From: a virus
Lineage: Duplodnaviria; Caudoviricetes
Length of the DNA: 60,985 nt
Virus record (IMG/VR): IMGVR_UViG_3300049043_000348
Coordinates: 1 to 60,985 of that record
Direction: 5' to 3' (one strand)
Positions 53,741 to 60,985 of the stretch are shown here, piece after piece (position 1 is the first letter of the stretch; every line of letters starts with the position of its first letter). A program made the translations under genes and the position numbers. The notes under the pieces were generated by a model. The model saw nothing but the letters and a program-made list of their open reading frames with translations. It had not been told where the DNA came from and did no database searches.

Positions 53741-53894
53741 ATGCCAATTTGTTTCTGAGTTCTTCCAGCTCATTTTTAAGCTGGTCTAAGGATTGTTCCA
53801 CGTGGAGCTTTAAGGCAGCCAATATTTTAACTTGGTCTACCACGTCAGACTTGGAAAGTTCCTTGATAATCTTTTCAATGTTTGCTTTTGCCAT
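53739..53894 (-). CDS. Small coiled-coil protein
   Basis: MAKANIEKII; coupled to upstream stop. Confidence 0.5.
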   Translation of the reverse strand: MAKANIEKIIKELSKSDVVDQVKILAALKLHVEQSLDQLKNELEELRNKLA

Positions 53895-54109
53895 TAGTCT
53901 ATGTATTTGTTTGTGATAAAATAGGATACGAGCTGTGTGGTGTTCTTGCAATTAAACTTTGCTCTTACAAGTTGTAGTTTGTAGGCAAATGTATTTTTGT
54001 TAAGACCGACCTTTTCAGCTACCCCTTTTGCTTTCTCGCCACTCGCCAAGAGGCGAACCCAAAGGATTTCTTCCTCTGTCGGAATGGGCGGTGTGTAGTT
54101 TTCTTCCAT
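53894..54109 (-). CDS. LuxR-type HTH regulator
   Basis: TEEEILWVRLLASGEKAKGVAEKVGLNKNT...KFNCKNTTQLV. Confidence 0.8.
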   Translation of the reverse strand: MEENYTPPIPTEEEILWVRLLASGEKAKGVAEKVGLNKNTFAYKLQLVRAKFNCKNTTQLVSYFITNKYID

Positions 54110-54113
54110 ACTG

Positions 54114-54144
54114 CAAAGATAAGCACCTAAAAGAAATTTACAAA
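54114..54144 (-). promoter_or_regulatory. Bacteroidota sigma promoter (leftward)
   Basis: TTTG-N19-TATCTTTG. Confidence 0.75.
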
Positions 54145-54159
54145 AAAATTTATATTTTA

Positions 54160-54190
54160 TTTGGTAGTCCAATTTTAATTTATATTTTTG
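54160..54190 (+). promoter_or_regulatory. Bacteroidota sigma promoter (rightward)
   Basis: TTTG-N19-TATTTTTG. Confidence 0.75.
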
Positions 54191-54231
54191 TTTAGAAATT
54201 ATTTGAATACGATAAATGATTAATTTACGGT

Positions 54232-54723
54232 ATGGGTATTGAACAGATAAGAGAATTAAAGAAACAGGCAGGACTTCCCAAGACGCCTAAAAAATATACT
54301 ATTCCCAAGAAGTCAAAGAAGAAACTTAAAGAAGAAAAGGAAGAAAGAAAAGAAAGAGCAGGTGATGATACACAGCTTGTAAAATGGTACAAGCATTGTC
54401 AAAGAGAAATGAGTGGTAATTGTTCAGAGTGTGGAAAGCCGACCAATATTAAAGTATACGAGTTGGCCATTCATTCTATTTGCCACTTATTAGCAAAAAG
54501 AAAAACAGTAGCTCCAAGTGTAGCGTGTAATGTAAATAACTGGATAGAGCTGTGTCCTGATTGTCACTATAAGTTTGATAATAGTGCGTGGGAAGATATA
54601 GCGAAGTGGGGATGCTGGCCGGAGATACAAGATAGATTGATTCAGGTTTACCCCGCGATTGCAGAAGATGAGCTTCGTCACTTCCCCGACATCGTACTAA
54701 ACTATATGAATGAAAACTCTTGA
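54232..54723 (+). CDS. HNH/NinG-like nuclease
   Basis: CSECG...CHLLAK...NNWIELCPDCHYKFD. Confidence 0.7.
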   Translation: MGIEQIRELKKQAGLPKTPKKYTIPKKSKKKLKEEKEERKERAGDDTQLVKWYKHCQREMSGNCSECGKPTNIKVYELAIHSICHLLAKRKTVAPSVACNVNNWIELCPDCHYKFDNSAWEDIAKWGCWPEIQDRLIQVYPAIAEDELRHFPDIVLNYMNENS

Positions 54724-54807
54724 CATTATAGCAACGATAGTCGGCATTATCTTTTTATATTTGGTATATAAAGCATTTGTTTATTCATTCTTTGATGATA
54801 AATAATT

Positions 54808-55209
54808 ATGATACGAAAAAAATTGGTCTGGGTAAATGGATGCTTTGATATACTGCATCCGGGCCACTTTGAACTTTTTAGATTTGCCTCTGAATTAGGC
54901 AATCTTCACGTTGGAATAGACGCTGACGTGCGAATTAGAAAGATGAAGGGGCCGGGCCGACCAATTAATGACGAAGGGTTTAGAGCCGATATGCTATCTT
55001 CCCTGACATTCGTAGAAAAGGTTTACATTTTTGAAACAGATCAAGACCTAAGAGCAATAACCAAAAGACTCAAACCTGATATAATGGTTATAGGTGAAGA
55101 ATATAAAGACAAGACTATTATAGGAGCCGAAAATGTAAAAGAGATTATATTCTTTAAAAAGACATTAGACTCTACAACTGAAATTATTAATAAGATTAAG
55201 AATGGATAA
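54808..55209 (+). CDS. Nucleotidyltransferase, RfaE/HldE domain II-like
   Basis: NGCFDILHPGH, GIDAD, KGPGRPIN, STT. Confidence 0.88.
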   Translation: MIRKKLVWVNGCFDILHPGHFELFRFASELGNLHVGIDADVRIRKMKGPGRPINDEGFRADMLSSLTFVEKVYIFETDQDLRAITKRLKPDIMVIGEEYKDKTIIGAENVKEIIFFKKTLDSTTEIINKIKNG

Positions 55210-55567
55210 AAAGCCTATTTGTACAGACGGATGCCATATAAAAAAAGGCTGGGGCAAAGAAATCGTTATCATAAACAACGAGCTTTATTGTGGTAAGATT
55301 CTTGTTTTTAAGTCTGGCTATCAATTTTCGATGCACTTCCATATTATCAAACAAGAAACGTGGTATGTAAATAAAGGCAAGTTTCAATTTAGATGGATTA
55401 ATACTGAAGACGCAAGCATACATTCTATGGAATTGAATGTCGGGGAAGTCGTGACTATCCCTCGCGGTATGCCGCATCAATTAGAAGCACTTGAAGACGG
55501 AGAAATCTTTGAAATATCAACACAACACTTTGATTCAGACTCGTACCGCGTATGGAAAGGAAATTAA
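55202..55567 (+). CDS. Cupin sugar isomerase-like protein
   Basis: KGWGKE, YCGKIL, SMHFH..KQETWYV, PHQLEA, EISTQHFDSDSYR. Confidence 0.8.
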   Translation: MDKKPICTDGCHIKKGWGKEIVIINNELYCGKILVFKSGYQFSMHFHIIKQETWYVNKGKFQFRWINTEDASIHSMELNVGEVVTIPRGMPHQLEALEDGEIFEISTQHFDSDSYRVWKGN

Positions 55568-55743
55568 CCCCTAGCTTAAAAGCTAAAGACCTTACAGTAA
55601 GAGAACACATAGCGATTAACCTATTGCCTATGATGCTTGCTACCGCTTCAGACCTTGATGATCCGAAGGATGTCTGTGATGAGGCTATATCTATTGCTAA
55701 CCTTTTAATTGATAGGCTAAATGATGAAGAAAATATACGTTGA
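55552..55743 (+). CDS. Hypothetical protein
   Basis: LTVREHIA...AISIANLLIDRL. Confidence 0.55.
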   Translation: MERKLTPSLKAKDLTVREHIAINLLPMMLATASDLDDPKDVCDEAISIANLLIDRLNDEENIR

Positions 55744-56014
55744 TATTGATGGAACTATTTGTAATACTGTTGAGGGAAAATATGAGGATAGTACCCCCAT
55801 TCAGGAACACATAGATAAAATTAATAATATGTATGACGCTGGTTGTTACATAGTTTACTATACAGCCAGAGGTCAGCGTAGCGGCAAAGACTATTGGATG
55901 CTTACAAACGACCAACTTGAAAAATGGGGTTGTAAGTTTCATAAGCTTAATATGGGTAAACCTGATTATGATTTAATGATTTGTGATAAAACTAAACGTA
56001 TCGAAGAAATATGA
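55721..56014 (+). CDS. Minimal HAD-family phosphatase
   Basis: YVDIDGTIC, YTARG, GKP..D..ICDK. Confidence 0.8.
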   Translation: MMKKIYVDIDGTICNTVEGKYEDSTPIQEHIDKINNMYDAGCYIVYYTARGQRSGKDYWMLTNDQLEKWGCKFHKLNMGKPDYDLMICDKTKRIEEI

Positions 56015-56759
56015 ACTTCTTAATTATTGGGGAAAAATGTAAAGATGTATTTGTGTACGGGGAAGTCACAAGGCTCAGTCCTGAAGCTCCTGTGCCTGTA
56101 TTCAATCCTACTCGTAAAGTAGAAAATTTAGGAATGGCTGCCAATGTTTACAATAACTTATTTAATCTTATAGAAAAGAAAGCATCTTTAATCGGTCATT
56201 TTTCCAATGATAATATCATAAAAACAAGATACGTTGACGATAAGTCAAACCATTACTTTTTACGCATAGACGAAAACGACAAAACAGAGAGTATCAGGAT
56301 TTCCCCAGCCTAACAAAAGTTATCCATAGTTCAGATTGTATTATTATATCAGACTACGATAAAGGTTTTATATCACTAAACGACATTTGGTCAATTTGCC
56401 AAGAAGCAAAAGAAAGTGCAGTAATTTTCTTAGACACAAAGAAGAAGTTAACACCTGTCATCTTTGATCAGGTTGATTTCGTAAAGTTCAACGAATCAGA
56501 ATACAATCTCAACATAAAAAATTCAGAAGAATTTTCAAATAAGATAATAGTAACGAAAGGAGGAAACGGAGCATACTACGATGGCGAGGACTTCCCCAGC
56601 GAGAAGAAATTAACCATTGATGTATCAGGAGCAGGAGATACGTTTTTAGCCGCATTAGCTTTCTATTTTATGACTTCCCGCGACATAAAAATAGCCATAC
56701 AAGAAGCCAATAAAGCAGCCTGCAAAGTAGTATCAGAAAGAGGAGTTTCGGTTATCTAA
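56011..56759 (+). CDS. PfkB sugar kinase, RfaE/HldE domain I-like (indel near 56305)
   Basis: SPEAPVPV, GMAANV, IISDYDKG, DVSGAGDTF. Confidence 0.85.
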
Positions 56760-56768
56760 AAATATTTT

Positions 56769-56800
56769 TTTGGAAATAGAAAATTGGCGATGTATATTCG
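56769..56800 (+). promoter_or_regulatory. Probable promoter of replication operon
   Basis: TTTG-N20-TATATTCG (one mismatch to consensus). Confidence 0.55.
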
Positions 56801-56804
56801 TGTC

Positions 56805-56917
56805 GCTTAATCTGAATTTAATGAAATCAATTAAAAACATATTTCAAAATACTGGCTCGTCCTGTGACGTTTCCTTCTCTTCATTGAGTTCGGATTAAGC
56901 AGCGTTATAGGCGAGCC
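56805..56917 (+). ncRNA. Structured 5' leader RNA with two long interleaved helices and a uORF
   Basis: 56805-825 pairs with 56880-900 (21 bp, 3 G-U); 56854-871 pairs with 56901-917 (17 bp, 3 G-U, one bulge). Confidence 0.65.
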
Positions 56918-57098
56918 TACTTAATTTTTATTTTATGATACACGAAACAATTTTATTAATTAGGCAAGAAGTGGTTAGAGGTAGAAATTACCTTAAAAGA
57001 TGGTTACATTAATTTCAAACAAGATGAAAAATTAATTTACATCAACCAAATACAATGGGAAACATTAAAAACCTTTATTGACAAAGAAATTGAAAAAA

Positions 57099-57715
57099 AT
57101 GGCTAAGAGATTTATTGCAACTGTAATTTGGGACGAGGACTGGTTTTCTCAAAATGCCGGCAGAATACAAACTTTTTTGGTTTTATATGTTATCAAGTTG
57201 CGACCACGCAGGACTATTTAAGGTCAATTTGAGGTCATTTTCTAGTCTAAATGATAAATTGAGAAACAAGAAGAAGCTTTAAAGTATTTTAATAATGGCA
57301 AAGATAAAATCATGCTTGAAAATCAATCAGTTTGGCTTATTGAAGACTTTTTTGCCTTTCAGTATGGAACTACTTTAACCCGAAAAACAGAGTTCACCAA
57401 AGCATAGAAGACCTCTATATTTTATATGGTAACCATCAATTAGACTCAAATTAGAGGTCTAAAAGACACTAAGGAAAGGGTTAAGGATAAGGATAAGGAT
57501 CTCGATAGTAATCTAATGGATTATCAATCACTTGGAAAAGGGGGTATGGGGAAAAACTTTAAAACAGGGTTATGTTTTGGATTTAGGCAACAACAGGGTT
57601 TATTTCGATCCTGAAAAAACAATTTGGCAAGAACTTGGGCCTGAACAAAAAAAACTTTCGATTTCAAGAGAAATGAAAGTTACCGCGAATCATCGAAGGA
57701 AAAATTTTTTAAAAA
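57099..57715 (+). CDS. Replication initiator-like protein (many indels, end uncertain)
   Basis: MAKRF...W.EDWF...YKLFWFYMLSSCDHAGLFKVN; KDKDKD linker. Confidence 0.55.
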
Positions 57716-59624
57716 ATGTATTTCGACCAACTCACAAAATTAGGATATCGCAGATTGCGCAAGCGCGGCGCGTCAAGAAAAACAACTTGTCCTCAATGCT
57801 CTGCTGGAAGAAAAAAGAAGACCGATCCGTGTTCTTTCGGTGAACATTAACGAGGGAAGTTACAATCGTTTTAATTGACAAACTGGCAGGGTAATGTTAG
57901 GATCTTTTATCCCAAGAGAAACGATAAAAAAATTTGAAAAACCAAGTGAGGTATATGCTGAAAAGCATTGACTTAAACGAAAAAATTAAAAAGTTTTTTA
58001 GCGACCGAGCAATTTCTGAAAAAACTTTAAAAAAATTTTTTATTCACGGCAAAGAAGAGTGGCTGCCTCAGACAAACGAAAAGGTCGCTGCATTGTCTTC
58101 CCTTACATTCGTAATAGTGAAATTGTTAATGCAAAGTATCGGCGACGGTAATAAAAATTTTAAACTTGTAAAGGGAGCAGAATTGGTTTTTTTTGGAATG
58201 CAAACCCTTGAGGGCCGTAGGTGCGCAATTATCGTGGAAGGAGAAATTGATGCTCTTCCTGCCTATGAAGCCGGTTTTGGTCAAGTACTATGAACCAACC
58301 TGTAATCAAGACGGGGAAGTTGTGGAACACGAACTTGGTAGGTTTGCGGTTTTGTCGGTTCCAAATGGCGCAAGTGCAGGGAACAACAGGTTGGAGTATT
58401 TGGATAACTGTGCAGAGTATCTAATCGACATCGAAGAGTTTGTGATAGCAACCGATAACGATACGGTCAAGCCCTTCGGGATGAGTTAATACGCCGTTTC
58501 GGCGTGGAAAAGTGCCGAACTGTCAGGTGGGAAATCCTAAAATCGCACCAGACGCACGGAAACGGCCCAAAAATCGCACCAAAAGATTTCAATGAGGTAT
58601 TGTGCCACTTTGGAAAGAGGGCCTTAAATCGCTTGTATTGAGTTCGCAGGAAGTTCCGGTGGATGGAATTTTTTATGTGGAAGACCTGGAGGATACAATG
58701 TTGAGAAAAAATTCAATAAAAGGTGTTCAGCTCGGGGATACGACTTCGTTTCCAAGAACTCGATACGATTTTTAGATGGAGAAAAGGTGATATAAATGTG
58801 TTTATAGGTTATGCGAATGGGGTAAAACTTTTTTTGCTCTTCAATTAATGTTAATTAAAAAAACTATTTCGGGATGGGTGGAGGTGGGCGGTATTTAGTC
58901 CAGAAAATTATCCCAGCAGATGATTTTTATGACGATATGGTAGAAATGTATGTTGGCAAGTGGATTAAAAATATGTCAAGAGAAGAATATATAGAAGCGA
59001 TTGATTTTATAAATAATCACATTTACTTTATTTACCCAAGTGATGAACATTCCATAGAAAATATACACGAAAAATTCAAGTATCTTATTATGAAAAAAGG
59101 ATTAAATGATGATTCAATAAATTTAATCAATTAGATAAAACACAAAGAGCATACGAAAGGGATGACCAATATATGAGTGTTGTATTTAAGGATATAAAAG
59201 GTTTGCGCTTATGAATAGAGTTTGCTATAACGTAGTTATGCATCCTAAAAATCCACCAGCTCCAAATGGTAATGCTTTACCAGTTGTTGGCCCTTATGAT
59301 ATTGCTCAGGGTGCTATGACAAATAATAAAGCAGACCAAATATTATCTTACTATAGACCAAACTATCACATAAATCCAGATGATACAAGAGTGGAACTAT
59401 ACTAAAAAAGTGAAAAGACGTAAAACTGGCGGGAAAATAGGAATGGTAGAATTGAATCTTAATTGGAACATAAAAAGATTCTTTGATCCTATTACTCAAA
59501 TGCCTTTCAACCAAAAAGAGGCTAAGAGAACCACATCTTCCCACAACCCAATAACATAACACAAGGAGAGATATCCAATAACTGGCTACCCTCTAAAGAT
59601 GATAGTACTGAAGCACCTTTTTAA
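57716..59624 (+). CDS. TOPRIM primase-SF4 helicase (Twinkle/T7 gp4-like; many indels)
   Basis: IIVEGEIDAL, VLSVPNGA, IATDND, KD.NE, VVMHP, YDI..GA..NKAD. Confidence 0.75.
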
Positions 59625-59658
59625 TGTAGGGGAAGATATCACACAGTAAAAATTTATT

Positions 59659-60325
59659 ATGGTTACTATTATAAACAAAGATTTTCAGAGAGTGTGTTTT
59701 ACCCGACGGCTTGGTTATTACCGATACCTCCGTATAATCAAGGTTATTCTTATAACTCTTACAAGGATAGAATTAGCGAAGAATCTTATATAGAATTATT
59801 TGTCAAAAATACCAAAGCCTTTGCGTTATTGTTCATTATCCAGAAGAAACCATAAACTTATCTACCTAAAGCGTTAAATATAAAATGCGAACAAAGCCTG
59901 TTTCTTGGGTTTATGATCGGGATATGCAGGCGAACAAAGTGGCGATTTAATTGGTTTGGTGAGGACTGTGAGCCGGATCCGAGAAAAGTTAGACAAGAGT
60001 CTAAAAATTTAAAAGACAAAAGAATACAAGCTAGAATTGCTGCTGGTAACTCGGGGTGCTACGCTTTATGATTGGTGGGAAATTAATCAAGTGAAAAATG
60101 TAAGCAAAGAAAAAACAAGTCACCCTTTGTCAAATACCGGAAGAGATAATTAAAAGAATTATATTAACAACGGCTAATAAAGGTCAAATTCTTATTGATA
60201 CCATTCTGGGGGAAGTGGGACAACGGCAAAGAGTTGCAAATGATTTAGGGTTTAATAGTTTCATCTATGAAGTCGATGAAAAGTATATTCAAATAATAAA
60301 CAATAGAATAAACACTAACCAATGA
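59659..60325 (+). CDS. N6A/N4C DNA methyltransferase (many indels)
   Basis: D-PPYN near 59725; DPF.GSGTT near 60200. Confidence 0.65.
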
Positions 60326-60787
60326 TAATTCACAAAAACACACACGCACCTAAGACTTCCCCGACTACTAATTAAACCCAAGCTATTAGCTTATAGAGTA
60401 GGATTTACAGAATCTTGTAGGTATGATTTAGGAATGAGAGACCAAGGAGATATTAATAAACTATTTGGAGTAGGATATTTTCCCTCACACCACGAAAACT
60501 CTGTACGAGTAGGATGGAACTATGACATAGTATCAGGAAGGATGAACATCCTTGCTTATTGGTATGTAGGGGGAAAACGCGACTGGCAATACCTAAGAAA
60601 GCGTAGATGTTGGAGTAATGTATTATTTTAAAATGTATATTGACGATGAGTATGCACAGATTAGATATTGCAGGGAAGAAACTACCCATTAGATGTCGAC
60701 AGTACACCTGTTTGCTTTTTATTAAGACCTTACTTTGGGTGGGAATAGAACTGCGCCACACGATATTATAATTGACTTAAATAAATT
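60322..60787 (+). CDS. Hypothetical protein (indels)
   Basis: DINKLFGVG...HHENSVRVGW. Confidence 0.45.
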
Positions 60788-60985
60788 ATGAAACCACTAC
60801 AAAGATCTGTAACAGGAGAATTTAAAGAAGTTAAAAGAGTACTTGCGTCTGGCGTTAGTATTCGCGAAGCTGCGAGACTATGCAAGGTGAGTTATTATTT
60901 AGCTTGGCACGTCCGTAAGGGAAGTTATGACGGAGTAGCTATCTGTCTGAAACATTTAAAAAAAAGGAAAATGAAAAATATTTAG
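60788..60985 (+). CDS. Small HTH protein
   Basis: LASGVSIREAARLCKVS. Confidence 0.6.
   Translation: MKPLQRSVTGEFKEVKRVLASGVSIREAARLCKVSYYLAWHVRKGSYDGVAICLKHLKKRKMKNI

Noticed and set aside
57099-60787. Apparent pseudogenisation or programmed frameshifts in replication genes, also in terL, portal, fibre, groES and 27950-28640
   Set aside because: Indels hit essential genes everywhere, often at homopolymers, and cluster in low-quality stretches; long-read assembly error is the simpler explanation
1-60985. Stop-codon reassignment, tRNA genes, integrase, DNA polymerase
   Set aside because: ORF breaks are frame changes rather than in-frame stops; none of these genes were recognised by eye, and a tRNAscan/HMM run would be needed to exclude them

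Overview
The window is most or all of a tailed (podovirus-like) dsDNA phage genome. The host is very likely Bacteroidota: TAnnTTTG and TTTG-N19-TAnnTTTG promoters, A-rich leaders without Shine-Dalgarno, and Bacteroidota-type signal peptides. Layout: 1-7.1 kb is a + strand array of small early genes (RadC/JAB, ligase-like adenylation domain). 7.2-53.4 kb is a - strand late arm with an intein-containing phosphoesterase, lysis genes, a giant fibre, ejection proteins, tail stabilisation/ring proteins, capsid, scaffold, portal, terminase, glycosyltransferases and five free-standing homing endonucleases. 54.2-61 kb is a + strand arm with ADP-heptose-like pathway genes, a replication initiator, primase-helicase and DNA methyltransferase. 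Many genes are broken by single-base indels that look like long-read assembly errors. Main unexplained signals: (1) a genome-wide motif TGY-N2-3-GGGAAG(T/A), with roughly 120 copies of the core by manual count, written into codons on both strands and paired into hairpins; (2) a fibre-like giant protein with a Sec signal peptide and about 19 Bacteroidota O-glycosylation sequons; (3) a two-helix structured RNA leader with a uORF ahead of the replication genes; (4) a hairpin-punctuated early cassette array. All calls come from reading the sequence; no database searches were run.
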